Source: an uncultured Actinomycetes bacterium (GTDB lineage Bacteria > Actinomycetota > UBA4738 > HRBIN12). Taken from it: a stretch of 64,000 nucleotides of DNA. The stretch spans positions 922,262 through 986,261 of the forward strand of contig CAVPIB010000001.1 in the NCBI GenBank assembly GCA_963704885.1, in the 5' to 3' direction. Positions 8,700 to 17,679 of this stretch are shown here, piece after piece. Position 1 is the first letter of the stretch, and the number at the start of each line of letters is the position of its first letter. Made by a program: the position numbers and the translations under genes. The notes under the pieces are model-generated. The model saw only the letters and a program-made list of their open reading frames with translations. It was not told the DNA's origin and ran no database searches.

Positions 8700-10436
8700 C
8701 TAGAGGCCCGCGAACGGGTCGCCGTCGGCGTCGGTCGCCACTTCCTCCTTCCTTGTGGCCCAGGGCGGGAAGGGGAACGTCACGACGAGCGGCACCGGGA
8801 TGGCCGGCTGCGACACGACCATGGTGCCGGGCTTGAGCAGGCGCGCCCTCGCGCGTGTAGACGGCAGCATCCAGCCGTATTCAGCGCGCTCGGCCTCGGC
8901 GGCGTCCAGGCGTCCGCTCACGCGGATCGCGGCATTCTCCAGGACCTCTTGCGCGACCCGCGAGGCCGTCTGCTGCGCGCCGACGAGCAGCACGCCCAGC
9001 GACCGTCCGCGTTGCGCGATGTCGACGAGCATGTCCTTCAAGGGCCCGGTGCCTTCGCGGGGCGCGTACTTGTTGAGCTCATCGAGCACGAGCACCGAAA
9101 GGGGCAGCCGCTGTCCCGACTCCTCCTTCTCGCGGAACGTCTCGTTCAGGAGCGCGCCGACCACGAACCGCTGCGCCTGGTCGTGCAGCGACTGGATCGC
9201 CACGACCGTGACGCTCGCCTTCGAACGATCGATGCGGCGGCTCTCCCCGGCCTTCACCAGCTGGCCCATGCGCGCGGCGCCGGCGTGGAGTCGCCGCATG
9301 AACGCCGAGACGGTTCCGCCCATCACCCGGCCGCTCCATGCCCAGTCCGGCTCGGAGCCGTCAAGCGGCTCCAGGAACTCGCCGAGCGCGTCGACCAGCG
9401 AGGGGATGTCCGTCACCGTTCGCTCACCAGGTTGCGCCTTGACCTGCTGGCCGCGCCAGTTGCCGTCAGGCGCGTCGCGCGGATCGCGGAGCACGACCGC
9501 GCCCGGCATCCCTGCCACATCGACCGCGAAGCGTTTCAGCTGGGCCTGCACGCGTTCGCGGATGAACGGGATCTGGTTGCGCTGGTCGTTCGCATCGGTC
9601 AGTAGGAACTGCAGCAGCTCCTCGTCCACGAACTCGCGCGGCGTCCAGCTGAAGACGTCCACGCCCTCTTGGCGACCGCCCGTGTCGGGGACCACGACGT
9701 CGCCCGAGCGCGGGCGGGGCGGCGCCCAGAACCTGACCGAGGGGAACGGCCCGGGCTCCACGCCGAGCTTGGCCCAGCCGGCCGCGGCGTCCTCGTCGAA
9801 GAACCGGTTCGGCTTGTCCATCCAAAGGAGGTCTTCGCCCTTCACGTTGAAGACGAGCACGCGCAGGTTCGCGGCGCCCTCGCCCAGCAAGGCCGGGTTC
9901 CCGGTGAGCATCCTCAGGAAGAACAACGCGAACGACGTCTTGGTCGCCACGCCGCTGATCCCGCTGATCGACATGTGCCCGCCCTTACGCCCATCGAAGA
10001 AGTCCAGGTCCACGCTCACCGGCTCGCCGTCACGCCCGATGCCGATCGGCAGCGGCCGGCCCATCTCGTCCAGGTAGAGCGCCTTCGCGCGCTCGTCGCC
10101 GGTCGCGCGCTGCACGACCTCGCCTGGATCGGGCGAGACCCACACCTCCGGGTCCACACGTGTGACTGCGACGCGCGCGGAGCGGACCTTGGCCGCCGGC
10201 ATGATCCCGAGCTCGGCGACGCGGTGGGTGTCGGACTCGTACGAGGCTCCTTCGTAGACCGCCTCGGCCTCGGTGACCACGCCGTAGGTCCGGATCTCGC
10301 CCGCCTTGGGCACCTGCGTTCGGACGACCACCAGATCGTCCAGCTGGAGGAAGTCGTCGTCGTCCAGGACCACGCGGAACTCGGCCGTGGAGGCGTGCTC
10401 GGAGCCCAGGACGCGGCCGACGCCGTCGCCGGTCAC
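8700..10436 (-). CDS. herA: HerA-like (DUF87/COG0433) ATPase
   Basis: 578 aa. The N-terminal roughly 110 aa resemble a HerA HAS-barrel. The central P-loop-like region is GISGVATKTSFALFF, a non-canonical Walker A. Walker B is VLVLDELNKYAP, followed by an arginine-finger-like QRGRSLGVLLVGAQQ. The stop is 24 nt upstream of the sbcD start. Confidence 0.7.
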   Translation of the reverse strand: MTGDGVGRVLGSEHASTAEFRVVLDDDDFLQLDDLVVVRTQVPKAGEIRTYGVVTEAEAVYEGASYESDTHRVAELGIMPAAKVRSARVAVTRVDPEVWVSPDPGEVVQRATGDERAKALYLDEMGRPLPIGIGRDGEPVSVDLDFFDGRKGGHMSISGISGVATKTSFALFFLRMLTGNPALLGEGAANLRVLVFNVKGEDLLWMDKPNRFFDEDAAAGWAKLGVEPGPFPSVRFWAPPRPRSGDVVVPDTGGRQEGVDVFSWTPREFVDEELLQFLLTDANDQRNQIPFIRERVQAQLKRFAVDVAGMPGAVVLRDPRDAPDGNWRGQQVKAQPGERTVTDIPSLVDALGEFLEPLDGSEPDWAWSGRVMGGTVSAFMRRLHAGAARMGQLVKAGESRRIDRSKASVTVVAIQSLHDQAQRFVVGALLNETFREKEESGQRLPLSVLVLDELNKYAPREGTGPLKDMLVDIAQRGRSLGVLLVGAQQTASRVAQEVLENAAIRVSGRLDAAEAERAEYGWMLPSTRARARLLKPGTMVVSQPAIPVPLVVTFPFPPWATRKEEVATDADGDPFAGL

Positions 10437-10658
10437 GAGGTCTCTGCGGCCGACGCTGTCATGACGCGTATCGTAGCCGCGCCTTCCGATGGCGGGGGAG
10501 TTTCGAGCCGGCGGGAGCTTGGTCGCCTCAGCCGCCGAGGCTCGCGCATCTTCGCTCGTCAGACAACCATGGGTCGGATGGCCCCACTTGATAGGGCCGG
10601 CGAACCCTCACGGACGCCTTCGGGTATCCCTACGTTGGGTTCCGGGAGGTGTCTAGAG

Positions 10659-10862
10659 ATGAAAGCAAGCGTTGGAGATCGGATAGTCGTTCGCGGGCAC
10701 CACGTTGGCGAATCCGAGCGGGACGGCGAGATCCTGGAGGTGCGCGGCCCTGATGGCGGCCCTCCCTACCTCGTCAAGTGGTCGGCGGACGGACATGTCG
10801 GGTTCGTGTTCCCAGGTCCAGACGTGACGATCGAGCACTTCGAGAGCCACCTGTCCCGGTGA
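10659..10862 (+). CDS. DUF1918 domain small protein
   Basis: 67 aa (MKASVGDRIVVRGHHVGESERDGEILEVRGPDGGPPYLVKWSADGHVGFVFPGPDV...). An RBS (gggaggtg) lies 8 nt upstream of the ATG. The sequence matches the conserved actinobacterial DUF1918 pattern. Confidence 0.7.
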   Translation: MKASVGDRIVVRGHHVGESERDGEILEVRGPDGGPPYLVKWSADGHVGFVFPGPDVTIEHFESHLSR

Positions 10863-10879
10863 TCGCGGTTACGCCGTGG

Positions 10880-11809
10880 CTATGAGGCTTCCGGCTGGCT
10901 GACGGCTTGCCGCAGGGCCCGGTAGACGAGGCCGGGGTCGCCCATGCGATGTCGGAGTTGGCGTTCGAGTGCACCGATGGGCACCAGGTTCTGCGGCGCG
11001 CGGGGATCCATGTGGGCCTCCGAGGCGACGACGGGCAGCACCGCGGCCGTCCGGTCGGCGATCACGCGCACCTCCTCCTTGGGGAGCTGGCCCGACGCCT
11101 CGCAGCGGACGATGCCGGTCCATGAATGGCCGCCTTGGAGCATGGCCAGACGCACGTACCAGGAGTAGCGCCGGTATCCCGCGATCGTGAACAGCGGCGT
11201 GCGCTGCCCGGGAGCGAGTTCGGCGATCACGGCGTTCTGCTCGGGTGGCAGGTAGGTGACGCGATGGCTCTTGATGTAGCCGACGACCGGCTTGGCCTCC
11301 AGCTCGTTCAGCGGCCCGTCGGCGATCACGAACGCATCGGCCGCGAGCACTGAGGCCGCCTCGCCTTCGGCCCGCCTCATCCGGGTGTGGAGCTCCTTCA
11401 CCAGGTGGCCGGGGTCATCCGATGCCGTCGTGGTCGTCAGGTAAGGCGGCTCTAGGTCGACCACAGGCAGCTGCTCGGGTCGACCGCCCGCCAGAACGGC
11501 CCACCGCTCGACACGAACGTTCACGACTTCGGACCAGCGCTCCTCGCGGTCCCAGAGCGCCGCGCCCACGGCGAACGTTCCGCAGATCCCCGGGATCGGG
11601 CCGGCGATCGGATCGTCCAGGAGCAGGCGCGCATCGACGCGCCTCACACCATCAACGAACGCGATCCGGTTCGTGCCGTCGTCGGCGCCCTCGAGCGGCT
11701 CCCAATCCGTTACCTCGACCGTCGCGTCGATCGTCCCCTCGGCCGGGGCGAGCTGCTCGTCGAGCTCGAGGGGCGCGCCGTACTCGGGAGCCCATCCCTC
11801 GACGAACAT
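10880..11809 (-). CDS. Hypothetical protein, candidate NurA-like nuclease
   Basis: 309 aa with no recognizable signal peptide. It has an RIAFVDGV motif near residue 50 that resembles NurA motif I ([IV]DGS). It sits just upstream, on the same strand, of herA-sbcD-sbcC. The assignment rests on context and is weak. Confidence 0.35.
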   Translation of the reverse strand: MFVEGWAPEYGAPLELDEQLAPAEGTIDATVEVTDWEPLEGADDGTNRIAFVDGVRRVDARLLLDDPIAGPIPGICGTFAVGAALWDREERWSEVVNVRVERWAVLAGGRPEQLPVVDLEPPYLTTTTASDDPGHLVKELHTRMRRAEGEAASVLAADAFVIADGPLNELEAKPVVGYIKSHRVTYLPPEQNAVIAELAPGQRTPLFTIAGYRRYSWYVRLAMLQGGHSWTGIVRCEASGQLPKEEVRVIADRTAAVLPVVASEAHMDPRAPQNLVPIGALERQLRHRMGDPGLVYRALRQAVSQPEAS

Positions 11810-11816
11810 CCGCGCC

Positions 11817-12410
11817 TCACCAGCCGAGGACGTCTTCGTCTCCCTCGAGCTGCACGCCTAGACCGTCGGCGAGTCGGTTCACGTAGGCGAAGTAGCAGGT
11901 GATCATGTTCGCATCCAGGATCTCGCGGTCCGTCAGACCCGCCCCTCGCATCGGAGCCAGGTCGGACTCGACCATGTTCCACGGCTCACGCGTGAGCTTG
12001 TCCGCGTAGTCGCAGATCGCCCGCTCGCGCGGTGTCAGCGGTGCCGTCCGATGATCTGCCTCGAGCGCCGCCGCGAATCCCGGCCGGCGCCGATCCGTCA
12101 TGCGGGCCAGACCGGCCGCGTGATGGCGTAGTCAGTAGTGGCACGCGTTCACCGCAGAGACGACGACGCCGATCATCTCCCGTTCGGGCCGGCTGAGATC
12201 GCCCTTGCCGTGCATCAGCGTCCGATAGAGGCGGGAGTGATCGCGCATCGTCTCCGGATGGAGACTGTGGATGGCCAGGATGTGATCCACGGTGCCGGTC
12301 TTGGCCGTTCGCATCTCGTCGTACAGCTCGGCGAGCTCCCCTTCGGCTTCCGCCTCGGGGATCACTTCGATCCAGGCCGGCCGATGCTCGGGCGAGGGGT
12401 CCTCGTTCAT
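11817..12410 (-). CDS. AhpD-like / carboxymuconolactone-decarboxylase-family peroxidase-related protein with in-frame TGA (candidate selenocysteine, CxxU)
   Basis: Track ORFs 12132..12527 (ending ...AVNACHY*) and 11817..12101 (MTDRRRPGF...) are in the same frame. They are separated only by a TGA and 10 sense codons (LRHHAAGLAR). The TGA sits where the second Cys of the AhpD CxxCxxxH motif is expected, giving CHY-U-LRHH. The likely real start is the ATG at about 12410 (MNEDPSPEHRPAWIEV...), which gives about 197 aa, the size of TIGR01926-type proteins. Confidence 0.6.
12094..12131 (-). promoter_or_regulatory. SECIS-like stem-loop downstream of the in-frame UGA
   Basis: The mRNA reads UGA-CUACGCCAUCAC-GCGGCC-GGUCU-GGCC(C)GC-AUGACGG. 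A 6-bp stem with a one-nucleotide bulge starts 12 nt after the UGA. The apical loop is GGUCU, as in the E. coli fdhF SECIS loop. An imperfect lower stem extends the structure (CAUCAC/AUGACGG). Confidence 0.5.
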
Positions 12411-12554
12411 CGGGCGCCATCCTCGCACACCCTTCTTCAGACGGGCTCTTCGATCGACGAGACCACCTTCCAACCCGACGACCCTTCGAAGACGAGGACT
12501 GAGATCCTGGTTGCGCTCGGACAGCAATGGGCATCCCCTTCCGCGAATACGGCT

Positions 12555-13178
12555 TCACGGATCTCCAGACCGATCGGGTCGGTGGACAGGTCGATCGTCG
12601 TGTCGCAGGTCTTCTTCTTGAAGACGGTCGCGTTCGCCGCAAGATCGATCACGCGCCACCTGCCGCACGCCCCGGAACCTCCCGGTGTCCTCGAACGTCA
12701 GTGCATCAGGCGATCCATCCCCGGTCGCGTCGCCGATGATCGCACGGATCTGGATGACCCCGCGCTGCGGCGGGTCGCGCAGTCCGAACAGGGGACGCCA
12801 CGGCGATGACTCTCCGGGGAAGCGTCGCCATACGACGAGGCCGTGCTCCCGTCGGAACGGGTCGGTGCCAGGGTCCACCCAGGCGACCAAGATCGACGAC
12901 CCTGCCGACGTCTCCGCGAACCAGACGTCCGTCACCGACGTACCCCGTGGCACCAACGCCTCGGGCGGGACCTCGGAGGCCTCGACGTCTCGGTCGTAGG
13001 ACGAGGGCGTGCCCGCCGTCACGCCGACCGGTTCAACCGCCGGGCTCGGCGACGAAGAGGAGGTTGGTGTCAACGGTGTCGGCGTCGGGGAGACGAGCAC
13101 CGATGGGGACGGCTCGGCCTCCCCGCTGCACGCGGCGGCCAGCACGACGAGCGCGGTCGCCCATATCACCCTCCGCAT
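12555..13178 (-). CDS. Putative lipoprotein (hypothetical)
   Basis: 207 aa. Signal peptide with lipobox (VVLAAACSG), then Pro/Ser/Thr-rich linker, then a globular part with no recognizable family. Confidence 0.5.
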   Translation of the reverse strand: MRRVIWATALVVLAAACSGEAEPSPSVLVSPTPTPLTPTSSSSPSPAVEPVGVTAGTPSSYDRDVEASEVPPEALVPRGTSVTDVWFAETSAGSSILVAWVDPGTDPFRREHGLVVWRRFPGESSPWRPLFGLRDPPQRGVIQIRAIIGDATGDGSPDALTFEDTGRFRGVRQVARDRSCGERDRLQEEDLRHDDRPVHRPDRSGDP

Positions 13179-13206
13179 CGCCGCAGCCTAACGACGCCGA
13201 CGTAGG

Positions 13207-13731
13207 ATGCCCGCGATGACCGCGCCCGCCCTCACACCGAAACCCGCGTCCCAGTCCCGGGTGACGCTCACACAGATGATGGAGGTCACCGACGCCAACG
13301 TGGCCGGCAACGTCCATGGTGGCGTGATCATGAGGCTCGTCGACACGGCAGCGGCCCTGGCCGCGATCCGTCACGCCGGCGGGTTGGCGGTTACGGTGTC
13401 CCTCGACGAGATGTCATTCCGGGAGCCCGTCCACATCGGTGACGTCGTGACGCTGCACGCCTCAGTGAACGACGTTGGAACGACCTCTATGGAGTGCGGT
13501 GTCCGCGTGGAGGCCGAGAACCCCATCAGCGGCCGTCGCGTGCATGCGGCGAGCGCGTTCCTGGTCTTCGTGGCGATCGACGGGGAAGGCCATCCGCGGC
13601 CCGTTCCGCCCCTGCTGGCCGAGAGCGAGACCGAGAAGCGTCGCCAGCGCGAGGCGAAGCTCCGCCGCCAGACACGCATGGCCCACAAGGAAACACTGAA
13701 AGCCGCGCGCGCCGCCGAACGCTCTGAGTGA
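13207..13731 (+). CDS. Acyl-CoA thioesterase (hotdog fold, YciA-like)
   Basis: 174 aa. Conserved NVHGGVIMRLVDTAAALAA...VTVSLDEMSFREPVHIGDVVTLHASV region typical of acyl-CoA thioester hydrolases. Confidence 0.8.
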   Translation: MPAMTAPALTPKPASQSRVTLTQMMEVTDANVAGNVHGGVIMRLVDTAAALAAIRHAGGLAVTVSLDEMSFREPVHIGDVVTLHASVNDVGTTSMECGVRVEAENPISGRRVHAASAFLVFVAIDGEGHPRPVPPLLAESETEKRRQREAKLRRQTRMAHKETLKAARAAERSE

Positions 13732-13797
13732 CCCGCGGCGACCGGGACCGAAGACCCATGCGGGAGTGCTCTCCCACTGCCAGCGTGACTCTGGGAG

Positions 13798-14091
13798 GTG
13801 ACGACGGTGGATGAGATCACGACCGATGGCGAGGAGCTCCGTCGCCTGGCGATCGAGCGGATCCGCAAGCGCTCGGAGTTCAAGGTGCATCTGCTCGCAT
13901 ACTTCTTGGTGAACTCGTTCCTTGTGGCGATCTGGGCCTTGAACGACGCGAGCTTCTTCTGGCCGATCTTCCCGATCCTCGGCTGGGGGATCGGTGTGGT
14001 GTTCAACGCCTGGGACGTGTACAAGCGGCCGTTCCCGACCGAAGGTCAGATCCAGCACGAGATCGACGCGCTCCGCGAGCCACACCGCTGA
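13798..14091 (+). CDS. 2TM domain protein
   Basis: 97 aa. Charged N-terminal region, then KVHLLAYFLVNSFLVAIWALN...WPIFPILGWGIGVVFNAW, which matches the 2TM (PF13239) pattern. Confidence 0.7.
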   Translation: MTTVDEITTDGEELRRLAIERIRKRSEFKVHLLAYFLVNSFLVAIWALNDASFFWPIFPILGWGIGVVFNAWDVYKRPFPTEGQIQHEIDALREPHR

Positions 14092-14170
14092 GAACGGGTT
14101 CCCGCCCGTAGCTGGGCGCGTTGGCACGCGTGGGAGGATGGAGGTCCGAACCTGAAAGGGATCGATCTCC

Positions 14171-16882
14171 ATGACAGAGGGACCTTCCGAGGCGGGCCGT
14201 GCGCTCGAGACCGCCGATGGCTCCGTCAACATCTATGGACTAGACGCGGTCGCGGCCACCGACCATCTCCCCAAGACCATCAAGATCCTCCTCGAGAACC
14301 TGCTTCGGCGTGCCGGGACGCGCGACGTGTCCGACGGCGACGTCCGGGCGCTCGCCGCCTGGCCCGAACCCGCGCGCGATATCGCGTTCATGCCCTCGCG
14401 GGTCTTGATGCAGGATCTGACCGGCGTCCCGGCGGTCGTCGATCTGGCGGCCATGCGCTCCGCCATCGCGCGCTACGGCGGCGACCCCTCCAAGGTGGAT
14501 CCGCTGGTGCCCGCCGACCTTGTGATCGACCACTCGGTTCAGGTCGACATGTTCCGAACCGAAGGGGCCTACGCCGCCAACATCGAGTGGGAGTACAAGC
14601 GCAACACCGAGCGTTACACGCTGCTCCGCTGGGCGCAGCAGGCGTTCGACGGCCTTCGCGTGGTGCCGCCCGGCGCCGGGATCTGCCACCAGGTGAACCT
14701 GGAGCACCTGGGACAGGTCGTGACCGTGCGCGACGGGGTCGCGTTCCCCGACACGGTGATCGGGACCGATTCGCACACGACCATGATCAACGGCTTGGGC
14801 ATCCTGGGGTGGGGGGTCGGTGGGATCGAAGCCGAGGCGGCGATGCTCGGCCAACCCACGTTCCTGCCGCAGCCGATCGTAACCGGTGTGCGGATCACCG
14901 GCGCGCTGCCGCCAGGCACCACGGCCACCGACCTGGTCCTCACGCTTACCGAGATGCTGCGTATTCACGGCGTCGTAGGCCGGTTCGTCGAGTTCTTCGG
15001 CGACGGCGTTTCTTCGCTCTCGATCGCCGACCGCGCCACGCTCTCCAACATGTGCCCCGAGTACGGCGCCACCTCGTCGTACTTCCCGATCGACGCCGAG
15101 ACGCTCCGGTACCTCGCGTTCACCGGCCGGGGCGATCGCGTCGACCTCGTGGAGCGCTACGCCAAGGAACAGGGGCTGTTCCGCTCCGAGGGCGACCCCG
15201 ATCCGGTGTTCAGCGAGACGCTCGAACTCGACCTATCCGCGATCGAACCCTCCGTCGCCGGTCCGAAGCGCCCACAGGATCGCGTCCCTCTGGCGGGCGT
15301 GTGGGACTCGTTCGTCGGCGCGTTCCGCGATCGCCAGGAACCCGACCCGACGGCGGTGGAGATAGGCCAGTTCATGGCCGAGGGTGGTCCCACTCGCCTC
15401 GACCGTCTGCCGGGCGGCGCCGACCCGCTCGATGTCGCGGCGATTCCTGGCGACGACGCGGCGGTCCGCCACGGCTCCGTCGTGATCGCGGCCATCACCA
15501 GCTGCACCAACACCTCGAACCCCTCGGTGATGCTCGCCGCCGGCCTGCTCGCGAAGAAGGCCGTAGAGGCTGGGCTGCAGACGAAGCCGTGGGTGAAGAC
15601 CAGCCTGGCGCCCGGTTCCCGAGTGGTGACCGAGTACCTGAACCGCGCCGGCCTCACGCCCTACCTCGACAAGCTCGGGTTCAGCCTCGTGGGCTACGGC
15701 TGTACGACGTGCATCGGGAACTCGGGGCCGCTGCCCGAGGCGGTCGCGCAGGCGGTCGACGAAGGCGATCTGAACGTGGTCGCGGTGCTCTCGGGCAATC
15801 GCAACTTCGAGGGGCGGATCCATCCGCAGGTGCGTGCGAGCTACCTGGCGTCGCCGCCGCTCTGTGTCGCGTACGCGCTGGCAGGGACCGTGCGGGTCGA
15901 CCTCACGACGGAACCGATCGGGCAGGGCGCCGGCGGACCGGTCTACCTCAGCGACATCTGGCCGAGCCCCGAAGAGGTCCGCGATGCCATCGCGTCATCG
16001 CTCGAACCAGAGCAGTTCGAACGCGAGTACTCCCGCATCTGGGACGGCGACGACCGATGGAACGCGCTGCCGGCGCCCACGGGTCCGATGTACGAGTGGG
16101 ACGAGGCGTCCACCTACGTCCAGGAGCCGCCGTTCTTCGAGGGGCTCGACGCCGCAGAGGTCGCCGCCGGCGACATCGAGGGAGCGCGCGTCCTGGTCAA
16201 CGTGGGCGACTCGATCACCACCGACCACATCTCGCCTGCGGGCGCGATCAAGGCCAACTCGCCGGCGGGAGAGTTCCTACGCGAGCGAGGCGTCGAGCCA
16301 CCTGCTTTCAACAGCTACGGCGCACGGCGCGGGAACCACCAGGTGATGATGCGCGGCACGTTCGCCAACATCAGGCTGCGCAACGAGATGGCACCCGGTA
16401 CGGAGGGTCCATGGACCACGCACCTGCCCAGCGGCGAGCGGATGACGGTGTTCGCGGCGGCCGAGCGGTACCGGGCACAGGGCGTGCCGCTCGCGGTGCT
16501 AGCCGGCAAGGAGTACGGAAGCGGCTCCAGCCGCGACTGGGCCGCGAAGGGCCCTTCGCTACTTGGTGTGCGGTTCGCGATCGCCGAGAGCTACGAGCGG
16601 ATCCATCGGAGCAACCTCGTGGGGATGGGAGTCCTGCCGCTGCAGTACGCGGAGGGCGACTCCGCGGCGACGCTCGGCCTGTCCGGCCGTGAGACGTTCG
16701 CGGTTCGCGGCCTGGACGGCGGCCTGACGCCGGGCATGGAGGTCACCGTCGAGGCGACTCCCGACGACGGCTCCACCGTAACGTTCCCGGCGACCGTGAG
16801 GATCGACGGAGCCGCGGAGGTCGAGTACTTCGCGAACGGCGGTCTCCTGCGGATGGTTCTTCGCGACACGCTGGCGGGCTGA
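14171..16882 (+). CDS. acnA: Aconitate hydratase A
   Basis: 903 aa. Full-length aconitase/IRP family with Fe-S cluster ligand motifs (ITSCTNTSNP, GCTTCIGNSG) and a swivel-domain C-terminus. Confidence 0.95.
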   Translation: MTEGPSEAGRALETADGSVNIYGLDAVAATDHLPKTIKILLENLLRRAGTRDVSDGDVRALAAWPEPARDIAFMPSRVLMQDLTGVPAVVDLAAMRSAIARYGGDPSKVDPLVPADLVIDHSVQVDMFRTEGAYAANIEWEYKRNTERYTLLRWAQQAFDGLRVVPPGAGICHQVNLEHLGQVVTVRDGVAFPDTVIGTDSHTTMINGLGILGWGVGGIEAEAAMLGQPTFLPQPIVTGVRITGALPPGTTATDLVLTLTEMLRIHGVVGRFVEFFGDGVSSLSIADRATLSNMCPEYGATSSYFPIDAETLRYLAFTGRGDRVDLVERYAKEQGLFRSEGDPDPVFSETLELDLSAIEPSVAGPKRPQDRVPLAGVWDSFVGAFRDRQEPDPTAVEIGQFMAEGGPTRLDRLPGGADPLDVAAIPGDDAAVRHGSVVIAAITSCTNTSNPSVMLAAGLLAKKAVEAGLQTKPWVKTSLAPGSRVVTEYLNRAGLTPYLDKLGFSLVGYGCTTCIGNSGPLPEAVAQAVDEGDLNVVAVLSGNRNFEGRIHPQVRASYLASPPLCVAYALAGTVRVDLTTEPIGQGAGGPVYLSDIWPSPEEVRDAIASSLEPEQFEREYSRIWDGDDRWNALPAPTGPMYEWDEASTYVQEPPFFEGLDAAEVAAGDIEGARVLVNVGDSITTDHISPAGAIKANSPAGEFLRERGVEPPAFNSYGARRGNHQVMMRGTFANIRLRNEMAPGTEGPWTTHLPSGERMTVFAAAERYRAQGVPLAVLAGKEYGSGSSRDWAAKGPSLLGVRFAIAESYERIHRSNLVGMGVLPLQYAEGDSAATLGLSGRETFAVRGLDGGLTPGMEVTVEATPDDGSTVTFPATVRIDGAAEVEYFANGGLLRMVLRDTLAG

Positions 16883-16899
16883 TCGGGTCGCGCAACGCA

Positions 16900-16926
16900 A
16901 GAGCGGGGGCCGTGGCCCCCGCTCTT
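16900..16926. terminator. Bidirectional hairpin terminator between convergent acnA and DoxX-like gene
   Basis: Perfect inverted repeat agagcgggggcc-gtg-gcccccgctct (stem of about 11 bp, GC-rich), 18 nt after the acnA stop. Confidence 0.6.
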
Positions 16927-16943
16927 CGGCCCGTCCGGTCGTG

Positions 16944-17564
16944 TCAGACCAGGATCGGGTGCCTCTTGACCAGCTCGGTCCGCTGCCAGGCCTTTCCGAG
17001 CCCGTAGTAGCGGCCCGCGTTCGCCAGGATGATCCCGACGAGCACGATCGCGTAGACGATGTGGTCGTCCATGAACGGGTTGTTCTCCGGCCAGATCGCG
17101 GTGCCCAGGTAGAACGCCGCCATCCAGAGGATCCCGCCCAAACTGGCGAGCTTGACGCCGATCCCGAGGATCAGGCCCAGTCCGATCAGCAGCATCGACA
17201 CCATGTACACCGCGTCGAACCACCCGGCCACCTGCGGCCCGGTCGCCGTCATCTGGAAGCCGGTGATCGTCTGGAACACATCGGTGAACGGCCCGTGAAC
17301 CGCGAACCCAACCGCGCCTACGGTCGGGGAGCCGCCTGCGAACCAGGCGACGTCCTTCGCGAAGAAGTCGATCGTGCCGTCCTCGAGTCGTCCGGTGTGG
17401 AACCCCAGCGCGAACGCCTTGTCGATGAACGCCCACAGGAACGTCCAGCCAAGCGCTACGCGGAGCAGGCCGAAGACACGCTGCAGGCCCCTGGTGTGGA
17501 TGGGCTCGAGCGCCTCCATCTCGGGGATGTCCACCCCGGCAGTCCTGTCGTATGTCGTTGCCAT
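16944..17564 (-). CDS. DoxX-family membrane protein
   Basis: 206 aa with four predicted TM segments. The LLRVALGWTFLWAFIDK region matches the DoxX/DoxD-like pattern. Confidence 0.55.
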   Translation of the reverse strand: MATTYDRTAGVDIPEMEALEPIHTRGLQRVFGLLRVALGWTFLWAFIDKAFALGFHTGRLEDGTIDFFAKDVAWFAGGSPTVGAVGFAVHGPFTDVFQTITGFQMTATGPQVAGWFDAVYMVSMLLIGLGLILGIGVKLASLGGILWMAAFYLGTAIWPENNPFMDDHIVYAIVLVGIILANAGRYYGLGKAWQRTELVKRHPILV

Positions 17565-17679
17565 GTGTCCACCTCCCTCCGTCTGGGCACAGAATCCCCC
17601 CCGGTCCGAGTGTCCGCATCGGCCGGGAGACCCGGCGTGGGTGGGACCTTCAGGTCCGCGAGGGCGTGGTCCCCGCGAG

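Noticed and set aside
10437-10658. Intergenic region between herA and DUF1918 examined for tRNA/ncRNA
   Set aside because: There is no tRNA-like T-arm or anticodon structure. It is most simply a divergent promoter region.
9669-10862. 397-aa plus-strand ORF
   Set aside because: Only its last roughly 67 aa (from ATG 10659, with an RBS) correspond to a real DUF1918 protein. The upstream part is antisense to herA.
14587-16692. 701-aa plus-strand ORF in an alternate frame across acnA
   Set aside because: It is Arg/Gly/Pro-rich with no domain features. The overlapping aconitase frame is unambiguous.
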